27,535 nucleotides of DNA from assembly GCA_039918515.1 (NCBI GenBank), contig JBDSHL010000418.1, positions 1 through 27,535 on the forward strand, read 5' to 3'. The position numbers and the translations under genes were made by a program. Below the pieces are notes generated by a model. That model ran no database searches and was not told the origin of the DNA. It saw only the letters and a list, made by a program, of their open reading frames with translations. Positions 9,738 through 18,246 of this stretch are shown piece after piece (position 1 is the stretch's first letter; each line of letters begins with the position of its first letter). This stretch comes from Saprospiraceae bacterium (GTDB taxonomy: Bacteria > Bacteroidota > Bacteroidia > Chitinophagales > Saprospiraceae).

Positions 9738-11375
9738 TTAATACAAGTAATTTCCCTCAATTGGAAGTCTTCTTCCTGAACCAAAAGATTTATCGGAAAC
9801 ACGAATTGCTGGAGGTGATTGATAACGTTTAAATTCAGCTTTATTAACCATTTTTAAAATTCTCATTACTAAATTTTTATCATACCCCATATCAATAATT
9901 TCATTAGGACCTTTATGTTGTTCTATATATTGATATAAAATTGGATCTAGTACATTATATTCCGGAAGCGAATCACTGTCTTTCTGTCCAGGTCGAAGTT
10001 CTGCAGAAGGAGGTTTATGAATAGAATTAAGTGGAATTCTGATTTGATCTTTATTGATATAATGTGCAAGTTCATAAACTTCTGTTTTGTACACATCTGC
10101 TAAAACGGCAAGGCCACCACAAAGATCACCATATAGCGTTCCGTAACCCACTGCCATTTCACTTTTATTGGTAGTATTTAATAATATATGATTAAATTTA
10201 TTGCTAAAGGACATTAGCAACATTCCGCGAATTCTGGCCTGAATGTTTTCTTCGGTTACATTGGAAACAAGTCCATCAAAATAAGAATGAAGACTCTTTT
10301 CATAACTTTCAAAAATGGGATTAATTGGAATAATATCGTATTTTATTCCAAGATTTTCAGCTAGAGATTGTGCATCTAGAACTGAACCTTCAGACGAAAA
10401 TTGTGAAGGCATCAATAACACACTTACATTTTCTGACCCTAGTGCGTCACTCGCAATTACCGCGGTAAGTGCTGAATCTATTCCACCTGACAATCCAAGA
10501 ATCGCTGATTTGAAATTCATTTTTTTGAAATAATCCTTTACGCCAAGGATTAATGCGCGATAGATTAAATCAACTTTGTTTTTTTTCTGAAAATTATTTT
10601 GCCCACCTTTTATTACGTCACTTAATTCATAACAACGAATGCATTCTTCAAAGTAAGGTAATTCATCATAGCAAGATCCATCACCACTCATGACAATTGA
10701 ACCACCATCAAAAACAATGTCTGTTTGAGCACCATAACAATTGACATAAAAGATAGGAATTTTATATCGAGAAGCATTCGCACTAATAGTATCTAATCTA
10801 TCCTGAGTGTGTTCAAAACTAAATGGTGAAGCAGAAAGATTCAGCATAAAATCTGGATTATCTTTCATCATAGAATCCATTGGACACAAGTTGTACATTG
10901 GATTCTCATTGTTTAAATTCCAAATGTCTTCACATATTGTAATGGCAATAGTTTTACCCTTAAATTGTAAGCTTTTAAATTCTTTGGCTGGCTCGAAATA
11001 TCGATATTCATCGAAAATGTCATAATTAGGAAGTAAACCTTTACGAGCAATATGATGAACTTTTCCTTCATAAAGAAAAAAGGCAGAATTAAAAAGGTCT
11101 TTTCCTTCGATGTTCGGATTTATGGTAGGTGAGCCAACAGCAATGCCAATATCGTAAGATTCTTTGGCCAGCTCATTGATTACATTCATTGACTGATGAA
11201 TAAAATCTCTAAATTCAAGAAAATCAACAGGAGGATATCCACAAGTAGAAAGTTCACTAAAACAAATGAGATCTGATCTTAAAGATCTCGCTTTCAATAT
11301 GGCATCCTTCATAATCTGAAGATTTCCTTTAAAATTCCCTATATGATAATTCAATTGTGCAATGGCAATTCTCAA
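9738..11375 (-). CDS. nadE: Glutamine-dependent NAD+ synthetase (nitrilase domain + synthetase domain)
   Basis: Glutaminase triad context FSEL / K.LLPNY / ICEDIW. Synthetase motifs LGLSGGIDS, ENIQARIRG, NKSEMAVGYGTLYGD, PPSAEL. TTG start. Confidence 0.96.
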   Translation of the reverse strand: MRIAIAQLNYHIGNFKGNLQIMKDAILKARSLRSDLICFSELSTCGYPPVDFLEFRDFIHQSMNVINELAKESYDIGIAVGSPTINPNIEGKDLFNSAFFLYEGKVHHIARKGLLPNYDIFDEYRYFEPAKEFKSLQFKGKTIAITICEDIWNLNNENPMYNLCPMDSMMKDNPDFMLNLSASPFSFEHTQDRLDTISANASRYKIPIFYVNCYGAQTDIVFDGGSIVMSGDGSCYDELPYFEECIRCYELSDVIKGGQNNFQKKNKVDLIYRALILGVKDYFKKMNFKSAILGLSGGIDSALTAVIASDALGSENVSVLLMPSQFSSEGSVLDAQSLAENLGIKYDIIPINPIFESYEKSLHSYFDGLVSNVTEENIQARIRGMLLMSFSNKFNHILLNTTNKSEMAVGYGTLYGDLCGGLAVLADVYKTEVYELAHYINKDQIRIPLNSIHKPPSAELRPGQKDSDSLPEYNVLDPILYQYIEQHKGPNEIIDMGYDKNLVMRILKMVNKAEFKRYQSPPAIRVSDKSFGSGRRLPIEGNYLY

Positions 11376-11392
11376 TGGATCTAATTTTTGTA

Positions 11393-11400
11393 CAAATGTA
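11393..11400 (-). promoter_or_regulatory. -7 promoter element (TACATTTG) of nadE
   Basis: TAnnTTTG match 17 nt upstream of the TTG start. One half of a divergent nadE/dnaX promoter pair. Confidence 0.65.
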
Positions 11401-11446
11401 GTGTAAAAAATTTAGCGAAAAGCTAATAAACAAGTGAATCAAAGAT

Positions 11447-11454
11447 TACTTTTG
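11447..11454 (+). promoter_or_regulatory. -7 promoter element (TACTTTTG) of dnaX
   Basis: TAnnTTTG match 13 nt upstream of ATG 11468. Confidence 0.65.
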
Positions 11455-11467
11455 ACCTCAATTAACT

Positions 11468-13210
11468 ATGGAAGGATTTTTAGTATCAGCAAGAAAGTAT
11501 AGACCGTTAAAGTGGGCTGATGTTATTGGACAAGAACACATTACGCAGACACTTAAGAATTCTTTATTAAAGAATCAAGTGGCTCATGCTTTTCTGTTTT
11601 GTGGACCAAGAGGCGTCGGAAAGACAACTTGCGCACGTATCCTTGCTAGAGTCTTAAATTGTGAAAATCCAACGAATGACTGGGAGCCTTGTAACGAATG
11701 TAAAACCTGCCTATCTTTTCAGGAAAACAATTCCTTCAATATTTTTGAAATTGATGCAGCATCTAATAATTCAGTGGATGATATTCGAGGCTTAGTAGAA
11801 CAAGTTCGTTACCAACCACAACAAGGCAAGTTTAAAATTTATATCATTGATGAAGTTCATATGCTTTCGTCACAAGCATTTAATGCGTTCTTAAAAACAC
11901 TTGAAGAGCCTCCACCTTATGCGAAATTTATTCTTGCAACGACTGAAAAACATAAGATTATTCCAACGATCTTGAGTAGATGTCAGGTATATGACTTTCG
12001 GAGAATTTCGGTAAGTGATATTATTCGTCAATTGGAAATTATCTGTGAGAATGAAAAAATTACTGCTGAACCTGAAGCTTTGTATCTTATTGCGCAAAAG
12101 GCAGACGGAGCTATGCGAGATGCACTTTCGATCTTTGACAGAATAAGGAGTTTTTCAGAAAAAACAATAAGTTATACTGCGGTATTAGATAACCTCAATA
12201 TTCTGGATTACGACTATTATTTTAGATTCTTTGATTCATTTTTAACTGAAAATACTACAGAGGCATTTCTGCTATTTGATAAGGTATTGAGTATGGGATT
12301 TGACCCTGAAGTTTTATTAGAAGGATTGTCTCTGCATGCTAGGAATTTACTTGTGTGTAAAAATCCAGAAATGGCAAATTTATTTGAAGGAAGTGAGCAT
12401 TCTAAACAAAGGTATGTTACTCAATCTGGGAATAGTAGTCAGTCCTTTATCATGTCATGTTTGGATTTAATTAATGAAGCAGATATAAATATTGCAAGAA
12501 CTCGAAATAGAAGGTTGCATGTAGAAATATTATTAGCAAAAATATCAAAAATTCAAAGAGCAAAAAATACTCAATTTATTGAGGCTCCTAAAGATTCATT
12601 GGAAAAAAAAACTCCTGATATAAGACAAAGTGAAACAATTGTTCAAAAGCCTAGTGTCGAAATCGAATCTACAGATTCTAAAAGAATAGATGAAGTAAGT
12701 CCAGTGTCAAGAAAAGTTGCAGTAAAGTTCATTCCGCAACCCAAATTATCAAGTAGTATCCCAAAACTAGCTAGTTTAGATTCAATAACTCAAAAAATTA
12801 TAAAGGAAGAATCGGATCGAGTAGAAAATTTAATTGAACTGAATACAGAAAATTTTCTAATTTATTGGAATAATAAGTTGACTGAGCAAAAATCAAAGAC
12901 ACTTCAAGAGTATATGCGTAATGCACAAATTGAGGTTAAGGAACTTGAAATATTGGTTCGAGTCGGTTCAATACTTGGATTGGAATCAATAAAATCAGAG
13001 TTGCGAATTGAAGACGAAATGAAAAGTATATTCAAAGGAGAAAAAATTACTTTAATAGTTGAAATAGATTCTGAACTTTCAAATCGCGATGAATTTTCAA
13101 AACCTAAAATATTGTATTCCGCAAAGCAAAAATGGGATTTAATGATTGCTGGAAATCCATTGCTTGAATCGTTGCAGAAGACCCTAGAATTAAAATTAGG
13201 CGAAGATTAA
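11468..13210 (+). CDS. dnaX: DNA polymerase III subunit tau/gamma
   Basis: ARKYRP, Walker A GPRGVGKTT, four-Cys Zn motif, EIDAASN, DEVHMLS, TILSRC, DGAMRDALS. A low-complexity linker begins after about residue 375. Confidence 0.97.
   Translation: MEGFLVSARKYRPLKWADVIGQEHITQTLKNSLLKNQVAHAFLFCGPRGVGKTTCARILARVLNCENPTNDWEPCNECKTCLSFQENNSFNIFEIDAASNNSVDDIRGLVEQVRYQPQQGKFKIYIIDEVHMLSSQAFNAFLKTLEEPPPYAKFILATTEKHKIIPTILSRCQVYDFRRISVSDIIRQLEIICENEKITAEPEALYLIAQKADGAMRDALSIFDRIRSFSEKTISYTAVLDNLNILDYDYYFRFFDSFLTENTTEAFLLFDKVLSMGFDPEVLLEGLSLHARNLLVCKNPEMANLFEGSEHSKQRYVTQSGNSSQSFIMSCLDLINEADINIARTRNRRLHVEILLAKISKIQRAKNTQFIEAPKDSLEKKTPDIRQSETIVQKPSVEIESTDSKRIDEVSPVSRKVAVKFIPQPKLSSSIPKLASLDSITQKIIKEESDRVENLIELNTENFLIYWNNKLTEQKSKTLQEYMRNAQIEVKELEILVRVGSILGLESIKSELRIEDEMKSIFKGEKITLIVEIDSELSNRDEFSKPKILYSAKQKWDLMIAGNPLLESLQKTLELKLGED
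12603..12611 (+). other. A9 run: candidate slippage/frameshift site producing the gamma subunit
   Basis: TTG GAA AAA AAA ACT CCT GAT ATA AG at codons 378-385. Adding one A gives ...EKKNS-TGA. Losing one A gives ...EKKLLI-TAA. Confidence 0.5.
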
Positions 13211-13216
13211 GAACGG

Positions 13217-13663
13217 GTGAAAATAGTTTGTAAAAAATTTGAAGATCTTTCAATATTAGAATTATATGATATTTTGCAACTGCGAAATGAAGTATTTATT
13301 GTTGAACAAAATTGTGTGTATCAAGATCTAGACAATAAAGATAAGCTTGCTTATCATCTGATGATTTATCATAGTAATTCTTTAGTTGCAACAACCAGAA
13401 TTCTTGGACCTGGAATTTCTTATGAAGAATATTCATCTATTGGTAGAGTATGTACAGAATTGAATGCACGGAAATTGAATTTAGGAAGAAAAGCCATGGA
13501 AAATTCAATAGACTTAATCAAAAAGCTTTATCCAAAGGCCCACATTAAGATATCAGCACAATCTTATTTGAAGAAATTTTATACTGAATTTGGATTTGAG
13601 GAAGACGGAGAGGAATATTTAGAAGACAATATTCCTCATATTGGAATGATAAAAAAACTCTGA
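13217..13663 (+). CDS. GNAT acetyltransferase, ElaA-like
   Basis: ELYDILQLRNEVFIVEQNCVYQDLD, SIGRV, ISAQSYL, FYTEFGF, YLEDNIPHIGM. Confidence 0.9.
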   Translation: MKIVCKKFEDLSILELYDILQLRNEVFIVEQNCVYQDLDNKDKLAYHLMIYHSNSLVATTRILGPGISYEEYSSIGRVCTELNARKLNLGRKAMENSIDLIKKLYPKAHIKISAQSYLKKFYTEFGFEEDGEEYLEDNIPHIGMIKKL

Positions 13664-13682
13664 TTATGAAATTATTTTTTCA

Positions 13683-14264
13683 ATGATAGCTATTCAAGAT
13701 AAATTGATAAGTGAAGATGTGTTTAAGGTTCATTTTGTGTGTGATTTAAATGCCTGTCAAGGTGCCTGTTGTTGGGAAGGTGACTTTGGGGCACCTGTTG
13801 CGGAAGATGAATTAGATATTCTTGATGAAATTTGGCCTCAGCTGAAAAATTATATTCCAGCAGAATCGATGGATTTATTAGAAAAAAATGGACCATTTAC
13901 ATTTAACGTAGAAATAAAATCACATGTTACTAATTTAAGAAAAGATGGTGCTTGCGTATTTATGAGCCAAGATGAACATGGAATTGCACATTGTGACATA
14001 GAAAATGCTTATCGCGACGGAATCGTTAATTTTCAAAAACCTATTTCATGTCATTTGTATCCAATAAGAGTTCTTGAAAAACCTGATCAGGGATTTACAG
14101 CCATAAATTATGATAAATGGAAAATCTGTAATCCTGCATGTAAAAACGGTAAAAACCTCGGTGTGCCTTTGTATAAATTTTTAAAGACATCAATAGAAAG
14201 GAAATTCGGTGAAGCATTTTATAAGGAAATGGAATTAGTAGCAGAGGAATTAAATTTAGAATAG
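13683..14264 (+). CDS. DUF3109 family Cys-rich protein
   Basis: F.CDLNACQGACCWEGDFGAP, ACVF, KPISCHLYPIR, ICNPAC. Confidence 0.85.
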   Translation: MIAIQDKLISEDVFKVHFVCDLNACQGACCWEGDFGAPVAEDELDILDEIWPQLKNYIPAESMDLLEKNGPFTFNVEIKSHVTNLRKDGACVFMSQDEHGIAHCDIENAYRDGIVNFQKPISCHLYPIRVLEKPDQGFTAINYDKWKICNPACKNGKNLGVPLYKFLKTSIERKFGEAFYKEMELVAEELNLE

Positions 14265-14266
14265 TC

Positions 14267-15277
14267 TTATACTAATGCACCTTCTGTACAATTGCGACAT
14301 ATATCAATATTTTTTCTACCTTTAATAATTTGACTTCTTAATAATTTGTATTCAGAACTATTCCAAACGTCTACTATAGTTTTTTCTTTTAAGCTCCCTA
14401 AAGAATAACTTGCATCTTTATCGAAACAGCAAGGTACTACTTTTCCATCCCATGTAATAACGCATCCTTGCCACATTCTCCAGCATTCATTAAGTAGTTT
14501 ATTTTTAATTTGAAAACTGCCGTCTGCTTGCTTACGATAACGAGTATAAATTTGAGATTCTGGAATTAAATCAGAACCTTGTTCATAATTATAAATTTGT
14601 GCGGTTTTTAATTCTAGCTTATCAACTCTTAATTCCTGAGCTAATTTTTTAATGTCTTCAATTTGATGTTCATTGTGTCTGACTACCAAGAATTGAAGTA
14701 TAATCAAGGGTGTTGCACTCTTATTTTTTATTTTGGATTCTACTAAATTTTTTGTTCCTTGGATAACTTTGTCAAGCGTACCACCAATTCTATATTTTTC
14801 ATAGGATTCCTGTGTAGTTCCATCTATAGAAATGATTAATCTATCTAATCCAGAATCAATGGTTTTTTGACAATTTTCTTCATTAAGAAAATGAGCATTT
14901 GTAGAACTCATTGTATAAACACCTTTAGAAGAAGCATAATGAATCATTTTAAATAAATCGACGTTGATATATGGTTCCCCTTGGAAGTAGAATATTAAAC
15001 CAGACAATTTGGATAAGAAGGGGTCAATAAATTGTCTAAATTGCTGAAATTTCAAATTACCGGTTGGTCTATTAAAAGAACGCAGACCTGAAGGGCATTC
15101 TGGACATTGCAAATTGCAAGCAGTTGTTGGTTCTATGGAAATTGACATAGGCGTTCCCCAATGTATAGGATAAGAAATAATTTTCGAAAGAAAATAAGAG
15201 CTCAATAGCTTCAGAATATTATAACTACGCCTTATAGTATTTTTTCTAAGAATTATATTAATCTCCTTGTAAAACAT
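14267..15277 (-). CDS. Radical SAM protein with SPASM/twitch domain, function unknown
   Basis: CxxxCxxC (EPTTACNLQCPEC), FYFQGEP, STNA, ISIDG, and C-terminal Cys set (C.RMW..C...DGKVVPCCFD...CRNC). Start moved to ATG 15277, which removes the overlap with pth. Confidence 0.9.
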   Translation of the reverse strand: MFYKEINIILRKNTIRRSYNILKLLSSYFLSKIISYPIHWGTPMSISIEPTTACNLQCPECPSGLRSFNRPTGNLKFQQFRQFIDPFLSKLSGLIFYFQGEPYINVDLFKMIHYASSKGVYTMSSTNAHFLNEENCQKTIDSGLDRLIISIDGTTQESYEKYRIGGTLDKVIQGTKNLVESKIKNKSATPLIILQFLVVRHNEHQIEDIKKLAQELRVDKLELKTAQIYNYEQGSDLIPESQIYTRYRKQADGSFQIKNKLLNECWRMWQGCVITWDGKVVPCCFDKDASYSLGSLKEKTIVDVWNSSEYKLLRSQIIKGRKNIDICRNCTEGALV

Positions 15278-15317
15278 AATGTGTAAAGATGCGAAGGATA
15301 AAGAAATAATCCTCTCG

Positions 15318-15325
15318 TATCTTTG
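15318..15325 (+). promoter_or_regulatory. -7 promoter element (TATCTTTG) of pth
   Basis: TAnnTTTG match 15 nt upstream of ATG 15341. Confidence 0.6.
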
Positions 15326-15340
15326 TATCAAAGTGAAATA

Positions 15341-15916
15341 ATGAAATTTTTAATTGCTGGACTGGGTAACATGGATGTTGAATATATGAATACAAGGCAT
15401 AATGTTGGGTTTGAAGTCGTAGATGAGATGGTTAAAAAGGATAATTTGGCATGGCAAGGAGATCGTTATGTTCATAAGATTGAAATGAAATTTCGAGGGA
15501 AAAAACTAATTTTAATCAAACCTACTACTTTTATGAACCTTAGCGGAAAGGCGATAAAATACTGGCTTGAAGCTGAAAATATACCCATAGAGAATTCTTT
15601 GGTGATTCTTGATGATCTTAATCTTGAATACGGCAAAATAAGAATTAAGGGAGAAGGGACAGATGGCGGACATAATGGCCTTAAAGATATTAGTGTTCAA
15701 TTGGGAACCACTAAATACCCTCGATTAAGAATTGGGATAGGCAGTAATTTTAATAAGGGAAGTCAAGTGAATTTTGTGTTAGGAAAATGGAATGAAATGG
15801 AGAACAAAAATCTTCCTTTAATTCTTTCTAAAGCAGCTGAATGTAGCTTTAGCTTTTGTTTAGCAGGTCTACAGCATTCAATGAATCAATTTAATTCTTT
15901 TAAATTGCCAGACTAG
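15341..15916 (+). CDS. pth: Peptidyl-tRNA hydrolase
   Basis: LIAGLGN, TRHNVGF, KPTTFMNLSG, LDDL, GGHNGL, PRLRIGIG. Start MKFLIAG at 15341. Confidence 0.97.
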   Translation: MKFLIAGLGNMDVEYMNTRHNVGFEVVDEMVKKDNLAWQGDRYVHKIEMKFRGKKLILIKPTTFMNLSGKAIKYWLEAENIPIENSLVILDDLNLEYGKIRIKGEGTDGGHNGLKDISVQLGTTKYPRLRIGIGSNFNKGSQVNFVLGKWNEMENKNLPLILSKAAECSFSFCLAGLQHSMNQFNSFKLPD

Positions 15917-15923
15917 AAATAAT

Positions 15924-16391
15924 TTATACTTTGTCCAAATTATATTGTTTCCAAATATTCCAGATGAGTTTCGGTGGAACAAGAAAACCCGTAATGAGGC
16001 AACATATACTAAAGAAAATCATCTCAGATCTTATATATCTTGACATTGCAAATTGTTCTGTATCTTTCAATTTCTCAACGAGGTCTTGAAGGCCAACTTC
16101 ATCTATGTAGTTTTTGAAATCTGAAAACTCATAGCTTAGATAGAATATCAATGGTATATTCGTAAAAATAATAATTAATTTTAGCCACTGATAACGGGCA
16201 TAAGGAGTTAAATGCCAAAGTAAAACCCATCTTAAAAAAATGAAAAATCCAAAAATAAAAATGATATTATTTTTATAAAACGGATAGTCTATTTTAAAAT
16301 AATAAATAGGATAAAGAATAAGCATTGCAAGAATTCCAGTTAGAACCCACCATATAATTTCAGATAACCATTTATTGTGAATACTTTGCAA
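15924..16391 (-). CDS. Hypothetical membrane protein (about 4 transmembrane helices)
   Basis: 155 aa with several hydrophobic segments. Last gene of a tightly packed reverse operon. Confidence 0.75.
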   Translation of the reverse strand: MQSIHNKWLSEIIWWVLTGILAMLILYPIYYFKIDYPFYKNNIIFIFGFFIFLRWVLLWHLTPYARYQWLKLIIIFTNIPLIFYLSYEFSDFKNYIDEVGLQDLVEKLKDTEQFAMSRYIRSEMIFFSICCLITGFLVPPKLIWNIWKQYNLDKV

Positions 16392-16406
16392 AATCTAAAA
16401 TGATAA

Positions 16407-16958
16407 TCAGAAGCGATCTGAAATTTCGCTTTTATTATTTAGAAATTCATTTGTGTCTACATTCTTAATGGCTAAGGCTACAAGACAACTTAACACAAAT
16501 TGAACCAATATTCCTCCTGCGAGAATTAATGTAGAATTGACAAGACCAAAAGGATTGGTCTGTTGAATTTTTTCGATTTGAGCATCTGCCGCAGATTGAC
16601 CTATCGTACCACTTAGTTTCTCGATCATTTCAATTTGCATTTCTTTCATTTGTTCTAATAATTCAGGAGCGATGAAATTGTATAAAATTACTGTGAATAA
16701 GGTACTTAAGACGGTAGAAATTAATGCTCCTACCCATATATGCGTCATGGCTTCTTTCCATGAAATGAACCCACCTATTTCTTCTCTTCTTTTTATACCA
16801 ATAAAATACATAACCGAAATACCTGCAGCAAATATTAACATTCCTACAAACCAATTACTGTCTAATTTTCCATTAATTAAATACATGCTTAGGTTATAAA
16901 TAATGGAAGCTATTCCCCATATCAATCCGAACTTAATAGCTATAGAATATTTTTTCAT
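16407..16958 (-). CDS. DUF4199 family membrane protein
   Basis: Begins AIKFGLIWG, has ISWKEAM.... and YNFIAPE, and a four-TM layout with a soluble loop. Confidence 0.75.
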   Translation of the reverse strand: MKKYSIAIKFGLIWGIASIIYNLSMYLINGKLDSNWFVGMLIFAAGISVMYFIGIKRREEIGGFISWKEAMTHIWVGALISTVLSTLFTVILYNFIAPELLEQMKEMQIEMIEKLSGTIGQSAADAQIEKIQQTNPFGLVNSTLILAGGILVQFVLSCLVALAIKNVDTNEFLNNKSEISDRF

Positions 16959-16960
16959 TC

Positions 16961-18244
16961 TCAGTTAATATTAGTTGTTAAAAAAAGTTGAGATTTATTA
17001 TAGACTGCAAGAATTTTTCCATTTAATTCTTTATTAATCCATGGACTATTTTTTGATAAAGATTTAACATTTTCTGATTTGTAAATCCACTTCATACTAG
17101 GATCAAACCAAGTAAGTTCGGCATCAGCGCCTTCTTCAATGGTTGCAGAAGGAAGAGACAGAATTTGACGAGGATTAATAGAAGTTTTATGAACCCACAT
17201 TTCGATATTTCCATCACTTGAATCTAATGACACAAATCCTGAGAAGCATGTTTCTAAAGAGATTGCACCGAAAGCAGCATTTTGAAATTCAAGATCTTTT
17301 AATTCAGGATTAATGGGAGTATGATCACTAATTATGATGTCTATTGTATTATCCTTCAAACCTAGCCAGAGAGATTTTTGATCTTGAAATCCCCGAAGTG
17401 GAGGTAATAATTTAAGATGTGAAGAAAATTCACTCATGTCACTATCCGTAAAACAAAGATTGAAAATGGAGACTGAAGCATATAATCCATTTAATTTCTT
17501 TTTAGATTTACGAATAAGATTAACTGATTCGGCACTAGAGATTTTATTAATTAACATTCTTGATTCCGTGTATTCAAGAATAGATATATCTCTTTGAACT
17601 GCTGTGAATTCAGATAAAGCAGGACTAATTCTTAGACCCAAGTTAGATGTTTCAATGGATTCATGAACTTGTGCATTAGGAGCCAAATCTTCATCACTTG
17701 AATGCTGAATGAGTAAACTGGTTGGAATCAATTTTAAATATTCTAATACTCTTTTAAGAAAACCAGATTTCTGTATCCCATGATTTCCTTCCGAGAATGC
17801 GACCGCACCAGATTCATGCATTTGCAGTATTTCCGACATTTCCAGAGATTCATTATTCTTACTGACGGAACCTATTGGATGAATGTAAATTCCAAGTGGA
17901 GTGGCTTTATTAATAATGAAGTGAACCTCAGATTTAGAATGAATTGCAGGATTGGTATTGGGCATATAGCATATACGACTGTAGCCTCCATATAAAGCTG
18001 CATTACAAAGTTTATCCAGAGTTTCTCTTTCTTCATATCCAGGTTCCCCTCCATAACATGCTATATCAACCCAAGCAGGTGAGAGATATGAATTTTTTGA
18101 TTGTAGAATTTTACAATTTTTTGGTGCGATAATGTTCGATGCTACCTTAAATATTTTTCCATTTTTAATCCATACATCTCTTTGTTTAAAATGATGTGTA
18201 CTTTGAGGATCAACGATTCGAACATTTTTAAATATACATTCCAT
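16961..18244 (-). CDS. Dihydroorotase-like amidohydrolase-fold protein, probably catalytically inactive
   Basis: Type I DHOase scaffold (EPGYEERET, GGY..ICYMPNTNP, K.LPPLR, ISDHTP). The DxHxHxR motif reads DIACYGG. Confidence 0.8.
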   Translation of the reverse strand: MECIFKNVRIVDPQSTHHFKQRDVWIKNGKIFKVASNIIAPKNCKILQSKNSYLSPAWVDIACYGGEPGYEERETLDKLCNAALYGGYSRICYMPNTNPAIHSKSEVHFIINKATPLGIYIHPIGSVSKNNESLEMSEILQMHESGAVAFSEGNHGIQKSGFLKRVLEYLKLIPTSLLIQHSSDEDLAPNAQVHESIETSNLGLRISPALSEFTAVQRDISILEYTESRMLINKISSAESVNLIRKSKKKLNGLYASVSIFNLCFTDSDMSEFSSHLKLLPPLRGFQDQKSLWLGLKDNTIDIIISDHTPINPELKDLEFQNAAFGAISLETCFSGFVSLDSSDGNIEMWVHKTSINPRQILSLPSATIEEGADAELTWFDPSMKWIYKSENVKSLSKNSPWINKELNGKILAVYNKSQLFLTTNIN

Positions 18245-18246
18245 TT

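Noticed and set aside
7038-13210. Inteins or introns in recA or dnaX
   Set aside because: Both proteins have normal length and contiguous motifs, with no intein splice signatures.
15323-15331. Apparent head-to-head overlap of the radical SAM and pth ORFs
   Set aside because: It is an artefact of longest-ORF starts. ATG 15277 and ATG 15341 leave a normal 63-nt divergent promoter region.
14267-15340. RiPP biosynthetic cluster around the radical SAM/SPASM gene
   Set aside because: There is no precursor ORF, RRE/PqqD partner, peptidase or transporter nearby, and the flanks are housekeeping genes.
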